Assembly (NCBI GenBank): GCA_965153455.1
Contig: OZ234493.1
Coordinates: forward strand, 5,456,001 to 5,520,000
Source of the DNA: Sphagnum compactum
Lineage: Eukaryota
Length of the DNA: 64,000 bases
Direction of reading: 5' to 3'
Shown: positions 1-12,887 of the stretch, one piece after another
Layout: the number at the start of each line of letters is the position of its first letter
Numbering within the stretch: the stretch's first letter is position 1
The notes under the pieces: model-generated
Told to the model about the DNA's origin: nothing
The model's database searches: none
What the model saw: the letters and a program-made list of their open reading frames with translations, nothing else
Translations under genes and position numbers: made by a program

Positions 1-420
1 GTTTTGTTGGTTTGTCACATTGAGATTTCTCAAATCACAATGCCCCCATCACACTCTCGATACCATTGGAAATCCCTCAATGAGTACGGGTGCATTGAAA
101 TGGTTTCATTATGTTTAGACCTATAATACAATAATTATTGAATATTGAACAATTTTTTCAAATAAAAAGCTTTAAAAAAACTTTAAAAAACTAGAAAAAT
201 TGGGGCAAGCTCTTGGTATTCTTGGTATTGTTGGAAAGCCCTTGATGAGTCGTGTGGAGGTGATTTCATAATCTTTAGACCTTAGACATGATAGATATTG
301 AATTTTGAGGAGTTTTTGTCATTGGAAGTTTTAATTAAATTACAAAAACTGATTATGAAAGGAAAGATTAGTTGAGTAACGAGTTCACAATCGGGCCAAT
401 GGCATAAATCACATAAATTT
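1..420. repeat. Dispersed ~300-400-bp repeat; copies at ~5520-5870 (inverted) and ~20869-21125
   Basis: Shared motifs TTGGAAAGCCCTTGATGA, GGGTGCA..GGTTTCATAATGTTT, TTATTGAATATTGAACAA and TTAGTTGAGTAAC.AGTTCACA. Confidence 0.65.
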
Positions 421-3400
421 TTGTCATTAAATGGGCAATTTGCTCATTGTTTGCATATAGCCTAAAAATCCATTCAGTATTGTTATGAAGGGTAAATCAT
501 TAGCCCAAAATTAGAATTTTCAGCCACAACAAATTGAAGGATCAAAAACTAGTTGTGACCAAAAAAGGAGCATTTGGCGTTCTCGTTGTGCTTGGGCAGT
601 CATTAAATTTTTCAGATGTATGACCGATGCTCCAAGTATAAGAAGCGAAAGACATAATTTATTTATCACAGCCCTAAACCGTAACATTACCCAGTCAATC
701 AATAAAATATTCTTGGACAAATTCAACACCCGACCCATCTGATTTTGTCTTATGTAACCGTCCAGAGATTCTTATTCTGGACTCAAAATTGAATTCAGAA
801 GGTCAGTTTACCCCCAATATATTCATATGTGCACATAGCTTCTTTTTTTTTTTCCCCTAACTGCCCTAGGTGCCCAGCAATTTTGCGGTCAGCTTGGAAT
901 GTAACCTAGTAGTTCATTGAAGTTCAGATGCCTGGATGTGTCATAATTTACTCGACTTACTTACGATCGTTGCACACCAACACAAGGAAGGACCATACTA
1001 GAGCCGAGAGTTAGTTTAACCATACTTCTTATACTACTTAAGTTGAGTTAAACTACTAGATGTAGTAACCCTGGTGGGCCTCTACAAGGTGGATTTTCCG
1101 TTGAATCATTCTTGAGTATCAATGTGGGACCGACCTTCCTTCCTTCCTTTGGGCAACTCTTCCTCATCCAACTTGAAGTAACTAGTTTGGTGGAGAAGCA
1201 TGATGTATTTATTATATAGTCTGGATGAAGAACCTTTGTTGGGTGAGTGACAGCAACAAACAATTTGTGTGTGAGTTGTGGAATGTTGCTCAAAGAGTAC
1301 GTACATCCACCCACACTCTGCCTGCATGTGGGTGCCATGAATGTGTAACCACATCCAAATTAGTGTACAAGTTAATAACTCTCGACGACCTCACGGGGTC
1401 ATCCATCATCATGAAATTCTGGATCGTGTAGAGTGAGGATTAGTTGAAAGCCATCCATCTCATGGGCCACACACATTCTGACCGAGCAATCAAAGTTGAT
1501 CACAGTTCATTACAAGAGAGAGAGAGAGAGCACATTTGGAGCACGTCCACGGAAATTGGGAATCTGGGTTTGCATCATTGTTTCTTACATCCATGATTAC
1601 TTATTTTAAGTATCTCAAGTCTCACCCCCATAAACTTGAAAATGGGAGTTTGCTAAAACCATCTCCACCCCACACCAGCAAACACCGCTCTTCATGAAAT
1701 CTTGCACGAGGGTAGCAAGCACAAATCCCTGCTGCTCTCCAGTGTTAATGGTCCATTTTGCAGTGGTCATTTTAACCGCTTGAAAAGCTTTTTTTCACCC
1801 ACCCATGGATTTGGACAAGGACTATTACTTGCCCAGATGTAAAGAGAGAAATGATGGTCTTTGAGAGTTTAAAGGGACTTTGATGACATTTTGTGGGTGG
1901 ACACAGTGATCATCACTAAACAGGATTTCATTCTAAAATAAAGGAGATGTTTGCCCTAATGGGATGGAGATGCTCTCTCTAATAGCAAAGCAAGTGAACC
2001 CAATTACATAATCTAACCAATCCATAGTAGGATTTAAACTTTGTAATGCCCTTTGCGAACCACCACCGCATCATGTGCAAATATGTTGTCTTAAAATCAT
2101 TTAAAAAATAAAATCAACAAGTTTTTATTATTTTACATCCAAAACAAGAATGTTGATTGTTTCCTCAAACCCACCCCATAAACATGACAAAATTAAAAAC
2201 AATATATTGCGAAAGCAGGTTGTTTAATACCACTACCGGATCCGTTTAATATGGCTGGCCAATTAGAAGCCGCCTTTTTTCTTTTCTGGGCCTTGTGAAA
2301 ACCACCAATGGGTCATGTATATATATATACATCATGTCCAAACACATTTCCACTCTATGTAAAAGGCTATACATCATCCAAAGTACAGTGTAGAAGCCGC
2401 CGTTTTTACTGCTCTTGGGTGAAAGTTGCAAAAATTCAGCTTCGGGGCTGCTTAAAAGCTTGAACTTCATCCAAATTACTGTGTACAGTCCTGCCATTAT
2501 TCTTCTGCTGCTAGTGGACCTGCTGTAAATTATACAGTTTGATGGATGACCTCTTTAATATGGATGAATTGTGGCCTTGATTTTACACTTAAGGTAGTTC
2601 ACGGTTCATGTGATCTCTCTCACATTCTAAAGTCATTGAAGGAAAGGATGAAGACCCCTCTTTTGCATGCAACTTGCTACTAGCTTTTACAAAAGAAAAG
2701 TCCCAGTTGACGAGTCAAATTAATGTAATAAATATTAAAATCCTGCTGCAAACTTCTGTTAGGTCGCAGATTTGAGAACACAATAATTTGTCGATCTCTT
2801 TGTGTCTAGGGAAATGAATTTAGCAGGCAACATTGGGGAACGGATGGAATCCGTCCTTCCTTTCCTTTCCTTTCGTGTTATGGGTTTTGTGTTTTTTTTT
2901 TTTCCTTTTTTTTTTTGTTCCCCGCCCACGCCCACCCACACAAACAACTTGTGTCACTAGTAAACTTAGTCCAAATATGCCTTGAGAAAAGGACAAAAGC
3001 ACACTTGTGTTTTCTTTTCTTTCTTTGTTGTTGTTGCTCTGAATTTGTAGTTGAAGACAAATGTTTCCCAATTCCACCATTCATCCCAATTGGGCGAGAG
3101 AGATGATGATCATAGTTTAAAACATCACCTTGTGTTTGAAAATTTGTCCAAGGGCATGATGAGCAGGTCGTAGTGATGATTGTTGACTTCTTGTCGATTC
3201 ACCGTCCATCCAACATTTTGTAATTGGGTAGTGTTTGTTCGGATTCACCTTTGGTCCAGTTCTTATTAACCCCAATCAAAACTGATGGTTAATTAACTCC
3301 CAATTAACTCTTGACTCTAGTCAATTAATAATTATTCTTTTGAAAAATGCATATTAAGTGAAATTTTAAAAAAAAATACAAAGTATGAAAGACAATTTTT

Positions 3401-6400
3401 TTTTGCTTCACATGTAAAGAATTATATTTATTATACTAGTAATGCAACAAACCCAGCTTTGATGGGGCCCGAGCACCCTTAAACACTAGACCCTAATCAA
3501 TTCACAAAATAGTCAAAATTTAGTACACATCCACACTCATTTACCTCTCTAGTAGTCTCCAAGTGCCTTACTTACGTACCTACCTATATATTAACCACTT
3601 ACGTTCCCTACCTACTTATCAATGATACTTACTCATTTACATACCTAGTTATTTAGGTCGGGGAAGGAGGAAGTCCCGGTGGTAGGGTTTATAGGATGTA
3701 TTATTACCAAAGTGGAACCTCGGTAGGTAACTCCGTTGTGCTTCATCAACAATTGTGGTTCATCCACAAGCACATTACAAGAGGGCTTTCAATGGGTGCA
3801 CTAGTGGATGTTTTTTGCAAGGGAAAGCCCTAACCTAAATTTCCAATGGCTTTAGCTCAACCATAACTTAGTTTTTCTTTTCAAACATGATTCCTTTGGT
3901 GTCTATAAGGCCATTTAATGCAGAATTAGGGTTTGTTTTACAGGCTTTTGTGCTTCTTGAATTCATAGTCTAGGCCCTATGTGGCAAAATAATGTAATCC
4001 CATGGGTTGTTGGAAAATTCATTTGTTGTGAAAAGGGTGAATTTTGTGTACTTTGGTGAGCAATTTACCCATCTCATGAAATCTTTCTTTTGTGTGTAAG
4101 TAATGTATTATTCCCTTTTGAGTTGTAGCTTATATGAAGACTAATCTTTAGGTTTGTAAGTACCTAACCCAAGCTAGGAAAGTTCAACCTCCTTGAAAAT
4201 TGTTTGCACATGTAAGATTTCGAGATTAAAACTTTTAATTGTTTTAATTGTTTTTTTTTTGTTTTGAAGGGTCTTAGTTGTGCACTTCTTACAAACCCAA
4301 CTTTAGCTCCAATTAGGTGTATATAAACCCACTTAAAAGTTCCACTTAAAAATAGATTTATTTTCTTTTGACTTCCCTTTTAAAAAGGAAATTGGAATGT
4401 GAACTCAATGTGGTTTTATAAATTTTCCCTTCAAATTTTGAATGAGTATGAATTTTTTTCTTAAGTGTTTGATGTTTGTCACAAAATTATGTTTGAAACA
4501 ACATTCATCAGCACACTAATAGACAAAGATTTCAATTTGGCCAAATTTTGGGGATGAACCTAAACCACTTTCAAATTGGGTTCCATTTTTGGTTTGGGGC
4601 AAAGTGTAAGTCATTGTTATCACTAAAATTGTTGATAAAGGTTTCATTCATATATATATATATATTCTCATTTTCAAGTTACATTCATTACTTTGGAGAA
4701 AAAAAATAATTTGGATTTCATTCATTATTTTTTCTCCAATTTTCCAACCTCCAAATGGTAATTTTTTAATTTTGAACTTTTCAAAAGTCCTAAATTAACT
4801 AAATACATGATATTACCTATTTGGCCACTCATGGAAAAGCTACAGCCATGGGAACTATAGTCATCAACCTAACCCAATTTCTTACCTTGCTTTTGATTGT
4901 ATATCTTGCTTTTGAGTTAGAATTCATGAAATAAAAAATATCAATACTTTATCTTCCCACATGTCGCTACCAATTTGAAAATTTTCCAATTCATTATCCA
5001 ACTCTTCCAAAATTTCTACTTTTTGAATTGAACACAACACCTATGCAAACATGCAACACCATGTGCCAATTTGGCACACTATCTTTGGGTATGAAATGGA
5101 ATGTCATCTTTGATCAAAACAATATTTAAACATGATCGGGTTTTGATTGAGCAAGCATGTTTGCAACTATGTTGAAGGTGCTTGTTTGATGCCCTCAATA
5201 ACATAAGTTAGTAACATCAATGTCCATTCAAGCAAATTGTTAGCTAACTTATTTAATTAATAGTCAATTAAGACAATTTAAAGGTTAGTTGTCTTAATAA
5301 ATGAAAATGTTTGATCTTACAAGCAAAGATGAAATGTCATTATGCCATTTATAAGGTTTTAGAAACTATAATTATCACATGAAAATCAATTAGAATTAAT
5401 TTATAAATATATTATTCAAAAAATAATAATTTGTAATTTCACAAAGGGTTTTTGTCTCATAAAATGTAACCATGGTATAGATGTGTGTAGCATGTGTTGT
5501 TGGCCCAACTACAATCTCTAGATTTTTTTATTTTGACTTTGTTGGTTTTTTACTGAATTTCTAATGACAAAATTACTCAAACTCAATAATTTTGACACCT
5601 TATAACATATGAAATCACCTTCATAAAATCCTATTTAGTGAAGGTTTCTAACAATGTAAAAAATGTGTCTCAATTTCCTTTAAAAATTTATTCAAGATTT
5701 TATTGAAATTTCAATGGCAAAATTGTTCAATATTTAATAACTCCTACATCATAAGTTTAAAACATTATGAAACCCCCTTGGTGCACCCCTACTCATTGAA
5801 GGCTTTCCAACAACATCAAGTGCATAAGCAAAGATGCCATTATTTATGAGATTTCAACATGACCCAAAACAAAAAAGCAAATGTACTTAACCTTTTTAAT
5901 GAATAGATGTCACTTTCAATTCAACATCGTAATTACTGCCTTAAACATTATATGTTACTTTGTGCAATGCTTTAATTGAAAGTTTCTTCTTCCTTTTTTT
6001 TTTTTTTTTTTGGCTTTCTTATAGGTTTAGATCACTACACCAAAAATGACATTCTACAACTACAAGTGGCATAAATGATTAAAAATGGCATAAAAGATGG
6101 ATTGAATTTTATTACAAATGACATAAATAACTAGCCTAGTAAAAAAAGATGAATAATATAATGCATTTTTTACGTAATGGAATCATGATGATTTTGATTG
6201 CATGCACATATATGATTAACCCCCAAGTAGTCACTACTTGTATAGATTAGGAAACACTTGAAATAAAATGATATTTTTCAAATTGTTATGAAAAAAACAC
6301 ATATTTTGAATATATTTTGAATATATTTTCATAATGAATTACAAGCATCCTATTTATATATATTAGAAAAATCAATAAATTGCACCCTATATTTTTTGCG

Positions 6401-8529
6401 TGTTGTTTGAAATAAAATGGAAATGCCCTCCCCAAGGATTAACCTTCAAAATGTTCTCTATAATATTCACAAAATTGCCTAGCCTCATGAAAGGTTTTTC
6501 AACATGATGATTTTTTTGAAAAATTAAAAGTATTTAGTGAAAACATTCATCGAAATTACTTTCTATCTTTCTTATTTAATTTTCAAATATGGCACCCCGT
6601 ATTGTTTAAAGATTCAAACATAGCAAATCCTACCTTCATCATGTTGAGGACCCCATGTTAAAATTTAACCCTAATTGTATTTCAAAATGAATTCTATTAT
6701 AAATTGTGCCTTTGGGTTTGTTGATCTTGTCTTTGTTCTTTTACTTTTAGCAACATGCAACAAATAAAAATATTAAATTGTATATTCCAACTTGCAAATT
6801 GCTCCCAAGGGCCACAACCAACCTCCCCTTATGCTTTGCTTTATATGCAGGTTACATGATACTTTCCATTTACCTAGAAAGTGTTTCTTTGAAAGCTCTC
6901 CTTTTTAAGCTTTTTCAAAATATGCACACTTCAAAATTGAAACCATTTCCTTCAAAAATCCTATCCTCAATGTTTCAAGGATACCAAAGTGACCACCTTT
7001 ACCACTAAAATGGTACCCTTTTGTCTCTTTGGTTGACCTCCTCCATGCAAAATGCAAGATGACTTATTCTTAGCAAACATCTTCCATGTAAAACACAAGA
7101 TGATGCACACCTTTGTGAACCTCCACAAAAGTCCCCTTCATCCCCACAACCCACCCATGAACCCTATTCCCTAATTTGCTTCTCCATAAATTTAAATGAA
7201 AAAAAAAGTCCTTAATTCATCCTTTCAATGCCTTGAAAGATATACCAATAATTGTTGCTAAGTGAAACTTACACATTGTTTGTTAGCTTAAACTCTATTT
7301 CATCTATTACCTCTTGTTTTCAAGGTGAACTATTGATGACATACTTAATCAATGTCTCTCCATTCACAAATATTTGTGTGAATTTTCACATATGGTGACA
7401 AAAAACATTTGAGATTTCTTTTTTTCCGTGTTGATTTGAAAAAAAATTGGAACAAAAATTTGGGGAAAAAATCACCAAACTTTTGAAACCATAATTCTAA
7501 AAAAAAAACCCTTGATCATTAGCATTTCGTTTCATTGGGCATTCATTATAACTCAAGTGTTTCCCTGTAGAGGTCTCACTTCAATTTGTATTGCTTAGTG
7601 TCAATATATTTCTTTCTCCTGTCTTTTTTTTCTTTCAATATTAGCAACCTACACTTTTCATTTGTTTGGGTCCAAAATTTTCTTTTTTTCTTTTCCAAAT
7701 GCACATTTTTCATCATCTCCTTCCCATTTGTGAATTTGCACCCACATTTTCTTTTTTCTACCTATGATCTAACAATTCAAAATAGGTATCTTTTGCTCAA
7801 TTTCACATTCCTATTGTCAGATTCATATTTCTAAATTTGTTTATAAATCTCTAGGTTTAAAAAAAACATCTTGGCACCTGCACTTGGCTTCACCCAGGCC
7901 AGAAAAAAACAGGCAAGATTGATAACTGGGCCCAAACCACCATAAAACAAACATTTTTATCAGCCAAAAACCCTGGTTTACAGTTTAGGGTTTAGGGTTT
8001 CTATGGAACAGCCCATAGTTTAATTTAGGATTTAGGGTTTATCACTTGTAAGACGGTGCTTTTATTTTCCTAGCATATATTAGAAAAAAGAAAACTGGAT
8101 CTAATTGTTGTTAAAGTAAGGAACTTTCTAAATTGCAAGCTATTATTCTTTTGTTATTTTTTAAAATTGCCCGGGTAGTGTTGTTGGAAAGATGATAAAA
8201 ATAATCAGCTATGGGTCCTTCCTTATTGCAAGTAGTATGTACAAAAGAACTGCCTGCTTCTTCTTCTTCTTCTTCTTCTTCTTTTTGGTTATCTGCCCTT
8301 GACCCAATCCATCATTTTGTTGGATGATGCCCAGAGACACTTTGGACCCATGTTATGTTATGTTATGTTATGTTATGCATGTTTTGGGCTTTGCAATAAG
8401 GACCCACATTGTTCATTTAATTGGCAACTTGGGTTGGCCAAGTGAAACCCCCAATTGTAGTTGAGAAGGCAAAAACTACAAACACAAAACAAAGGCAGTT
8501 GCAAAACTAAATCCATACCAGATCAAATT

Positions 8530-8983
8530 CCCCCAGAATCCAGCTACATTTCATCCACAGAATTAGAAATCTTGAGCACTTTTCATCTCCAGAATCGGGA
8601 ATTCTCAAGATCTTTTCATCCCCAGAATTGGAATTCTTAATAACTTTTATATTCTTCCCCAGAATTATAATTCTGAAGAACCCTCTTTCATCACCAGAAT
8701 TGGAATTCTGAAGAAACTTTGTCCATCCCCAGAATTGGAATCATCCTTCAGAACTGTTTTTTCATCCACAGAATTGGAATTATTGAAAACTTCTCATCCA
8801 CCAGAATTGGAATTCTTAAGAAACTTTGTCCATCCCCAGAATTGGAATCCTTCAGAACTTTTTTTCATCCACAGATTTGGAATTAGTGAGAACTTCTCAT
8901 CCCCAGAATTGGAATTCTGAAGAACTTTTTTCCATCCCCAGAATTGGGATCCTTGAGAACTTTTCATCCCCAGAATTGGGAAG
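8530..8983. repeat. Minisatellite, ~14 units of ~32-39 bp (consensus TCCCCAGAATTGGAATTCTGAAGAACTTTTCA)
   Basis: Units are directly visible starting at ~8530, 8553, 8586, 8619, 8656, 8691, 8726, 8765, 8797, 8833, 8868, 8900, 8935 and 8967. Confidence 0.9.
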
Positions 8984-10323
8984 CTGTTTTTGACAGGCTT
9001 CTTCTTCTGCCTTACTCTTCGTTCCTGTTCCTTTTTTTCTTTTCTTTTTCCTGTTTGTCTGCTCCTTCTTCACCTGAGCATCTTTGTTTATTGTTGCCTT
9101 TCTAGGTACTACTGCCTAGAGGTCTAGCAACAGCAGCAGAGTTCATCCCCACAATTCACAACCCACCAACCAAAAAAAATGGTGTGTTTTGCTTTTTACT
9201 TCAAATGTGTTGAACTTTTTACTTCAACCAGCTTGGAGCTTTTGAGTTTCTTTTGTTTATACAAATGGGTTGTTGTTGCAGCCAGTGGAGCTTGTGTTTA
9301 AATCCTGCCTTACTGCTCTGCCTCCCATAGACAGTGACCCAAAAGAGAGAGAGAAACGCAGAGAGAGATATGAGAGAGAGAGAGAGAACAGACACAGGAG
9401 AGTTTGGGTCACAGAGGAGAGAACAATTTTTGTGTAAATTTAATTGAATCAGTAGGGAGCTGACATTGAGTGATCTGTGGGGAGGTTTTGAACTCAGGAG
9501 AACCAGCTGAAGAAATTGATGTACTTAGCTGAATTCTTGCATTTTGAGTGCCAGAGATTTGGATGAGCCAAATTCACCATATACAACATAAATATATATG
9601 TTTTCTCCAGGTTTGCTTCTTCTGATTCATTGCAGTGGGAGCTGCAGTTTGGGTCAAGATTCAGACTTGGGTTTTGAGGAACCACCAGCAGGAGGCTCAT
9701 GAGCCTTATGTTTGTTGAAACTTCGAGTCTCATTACATTTTTTTGTTTTTTCTTCCTGAAGAAAGAAGACGAAAAAAATAGGATGTTCTATATGATGGGT
9801 TGTTGAGATTGGATTGTTTTGCAAGTTTGAAGCTCCCACTGATCTCAATCACCAGCTGCTTCTACAGTTATATGAAGATTGGAGCCCTGGGTTTTGAAGT
9901 CCTTTTGGTTTGGACTCACAACTGACCAGCTTTTCTTTCTAATAGCTTTTGCTGCTGCTGCTGCTGTTATTTGTTTGTTGTTGTGATCCATCAATGTATT
10001 ATGTGATGAGCTTTCAAGTGGCTGAGCTCGACACCACCGAACTCCATTGGAAAATTTGTGGGTAATCCAAAAATCTGATCCATCCACCCAGAAATCTGGT
10101 CTTCCCAGAAAGAAAACACTCATAACTCTTGATTTTGGGACCTCCCAAGTTTCTCTCTGTGTCTCTCTGGTCAGCAATCAAATGTGATGCCTGCCTGTTG
10201 GTGGTGCTTCAGTTGACTTAAAACTCACCAAAAACAAAAAGCTTCAATTCCCACAGTTTCGAGATCATAGATTCAGCAATCAATTTGAGCTGCTGCTACT
10301 GTGTGTTGAGAAGTGGAGGAGAG

Positions 10324-12887
10324 ATGAAATGGGGGCAGTCTAAGAAGGCAGGAACTGTTGTGAGATCAAAACAGCAGCTGGATCATCATCAACAAGAGCA
10401 AGAGGCTGAAGCTAAGGCTGCTATAGTAACAACAACATGTAGTAGTAAAACATCATGGCACAAGGCAGCTACGCTCAGAATACAGAGCACCATGTTACCC
10501 TTTCTTCTACTTGTTTCGATGATGGTTATTCCAGTACCATCCTTTGCAGGTACACACACTCTCCTCCCTCCCTTTGCCCCACCAACTTTTCCTTTTGTGT
10601 ATAAGACATATGTACATGTATGTATGTGCGCAAGTGACTCTCTTTTGTGTATGTATGTACACAAGTCTTTTTTGTATGTGGGTGTGTGTGTATGCACAAG
10701 TCTTTTGTGTATGTGTGTGTTTTAGTGTTTCTTTTGCTCTTTTTTTTCTGCACAAAATTTTGCATCTCAGTGACAAAAAAATTGCCATTGCCACTCATAC
10801 AACGGATTCTTTTGGAAAAAATTGACCAAAGTCACCAGAGTTGGTGGATGTTGTTTCTGAAATTGCCAGATTTAGATAATCGGTTGGAGCATGTCACCAA
10901 AATATAGCAAGATTCCTAATGCTTCTACTTCCCTCTCTGGCCTGTAGCCAAATTTGGCTAAGTCCTCTTGTGGATGATTGCCAGACTACCTACCTCATAA
11001 AATTGATAAAAAAAAACCTGGTGTCTGTATGTGCACAAATCTCTTATGTATGTGTAAGTGTGAATGTGTATTGTGCGAGTTTTTTGTGTGTGTGTGTGTT
11101 TGTGAGTGCACGTGTGTGTGTTCTAGTCTTTTGTGTATATATGTGTGTGCATATGTGCAAGTGCATCTCTAGAGGCGTTCCAACATTTGGGAAGATAGAT
11201 CCCTCAACCGCATTTCACACATGTAGTTTTGGCAACTTTGTTGTGTCTTTCTTTTTCTTCTTCTTCTTCCACTTAGATCTGCTTTCAGGTCTGAATGTGA
11301 TTATGGGAGCTTGGGATTTGAAAGAAGGTGTGTCAGATTTACGAGAGACAGATTTCACATGTGAATGTTCTAAATAGAGGTGTTTTTTTTATACACAATG
11401 AGTGCAATTTTTCATTCTGACTGTGACATTGTGTCTCACTACTACTGCTGAGCTAATTAGCATTTTCTCTCAGCTGATTTTTTGTCTAATGTAAAGGACC
11501 ATACCTGCCGATTCGGCAGGTTTGTGGGCAGTCTTTTAAATGGTGGATTTGGTTGCCATGGCCTTGAATTTCCTACCTACCTTTGTAGTTTACAACCTAC
11601 CTAAGGAAGACAAAAATGATTCTGGGTGGGTATGTAATTTAGCTTCTGAGGTGGGTTGGCTTGATCAAGAGCTAGCTAGCAATTTTTGTTGACTGATCGC
11701 AAAAAAATTGGTGGGGGGTTGATGATGGGTATAAAACAGAGGCACCAATTATGGGTGTAAATTATGGGCAAGTTGGCGACAATCTTCCTTCAGATGCTGA
11801 TGCTGTGACACTGATAAAAAACCTTGGTGCGGGACAGGTGAAAATCTATGATACAGATCCAGGGACCTTGAATGCCCTTGCAAATTCGGGACTGGACGTA
11901 GTGATTGGCATGGACAATACTGAAATCCCATCTCTAGGTGCAAGCGCAGCAGCAGCTGATGAGTGGATCGTGGCAAATGTCTTGGCATATGTCCCTGCAA
12001 CAAGCATTACTGTCATCCTGGTTGGAAATGAGCTATTTTCATCCAACTTTGACATCTGGCCCCAACTCATCCCTGCAATCCAGAACCTTCAGACAAGCCT
12101 CACAAACCATGGGCTAACATCCATCACACTCTCCACTGCTTGTGAGCTCAGCATTCTCAGCAACTCATACCCCCCATCAGCTGGTGTTTTCAATGAGAGT
12201 GCAATCTCTGTGCTCATACCTCTTTTACAACACCTTGAGGACACAAATTCGTACCTGTACATAAATGCATATCCGTATTTTGCTTGGGTTTCTGACCCAT
12301 CCGGTATTCCATTAGATTATGCCATCTTTTCTTCACCAGCAGCTATGCTGTCTGATGGTCAATACAGCTATACCAATTTACTTGAAGCACAGATTGACGC
12401 TGTTTACTACGCCATGGAGGCGATTAGTTTCACTGATGTCAGGTTAGCCATCAGTGAGTCTGGGTGGCCTACAGCAGGTGGGGTTGGTGCTGATCTTACC
12501 AATGCTGAAGCTTACAACAACAACCTAGTCAAATACATCCTCAGTGGCGTGGGTACACCTAAAATGCCTCACGTGTTTGTTCCAACTTACGTCTTTGCAC
12601 TCTTCAATGAGGATTTAAAACCGGGTCCAGCAACTGAGCGCAATTGGGGCTTGTTGTATCCAAATGGATCTGCTGCTTACACCATTAATTTAGCAGATCC
12701 TTATACTAGTAGCAGCTCATCGTCAGGATCAAGTCCCACTTTTCAGTCACCATCTTCAGATAGCACTACTGGATCGTATATCTCTAGTACTCCCGATCTT
12801 CTTCGCTGTGGGTATACGGCGATTGTACTTACGTTTTCTTCTGTATCATTTCTAGGCATATTGTTCAACCTGATTTGGATTATTTAA
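10324..12887 (+). CDS. Glucan endo-1,3-beta-glucosidase (glycoside hydrolase family 17), secreted, predicted GPI-anchored, no X8/CBM43 domain. Exons 10324 (or 10492)-10549 and 11740-12887
   Basis: ORF 11751-12887 has GH17 motifs: GVNYGQ start, ILVGNE (acid/base Glu), INAYPYF, AISESGWPT (nucleophile Glu), YVFALFNEDLKPGPATERNWGL. These are followed by a Ser-rich linker and a hydrophobic C-terminal tail. The upstream exon encodes signal peptide MLPFLLLVSMMVIPVPSFA. It ends at G|GTACAC (10549/10550) and joins in phase 1 to CAG|AG at 11739/11740, giving ...SFA-EAPIMGVNYG. Length is 401 aa from ATG 10492 or 457 aa from ATG 10324. Confidence 0.93.
10723..11020. mobile_element. Dispersed MITE-like repeat in the GH17 intron. 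Relatives at ~31205-31487, ~32979-33247, ~43745-43964, ~48000-48100, ~50245-50480
   Basis: Shared core CCAGATTT...GTAGCCAAATTTGGCTAA..C.TC.T.TGGATGATTGCCA...CAAAATTGA occurs in either orientation. Ends are CAG(G/T)GTTTTT ... AAAAAC(C/A)(C/T)TG. Confidence 0.65.

Noticed and set aside
753-1514. Possible solo LTR (TGTAAC...TTACA, minus-strand TATA at ~1210)
   Set aside because: No target-site duplication, PBS/PPT or second copy is visible.
2465-2550. Imperfect hairpin (TCATCCA..ACTGTGTA / TATACAGT..TGGATGA) as a candidate miRNA precursor
   Set aside because: Pairing has many bulges, it overlaps the end of a MITE-like repeat (2248-2502), and I recognise no conserved miRNA sequence.
8530-8983. 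CRISPR-like appearance (about 32-bp repeats with dyad symmetry)
   Set aside because: Units are contiguous with no unique spacers, there are no cas genes, and the context is eukaryotic. It is a minisatellite. GAA/TTC spacing also does not fit heat-shock elements.
10389-11377. Cluster of overlapping 64-152-aa ORFs rich in C/V/Y or H/T
   Set aside because: They are translations of (GT)n/(GTAT)n microsatellite and MITE sequence inside the GH17 intron.
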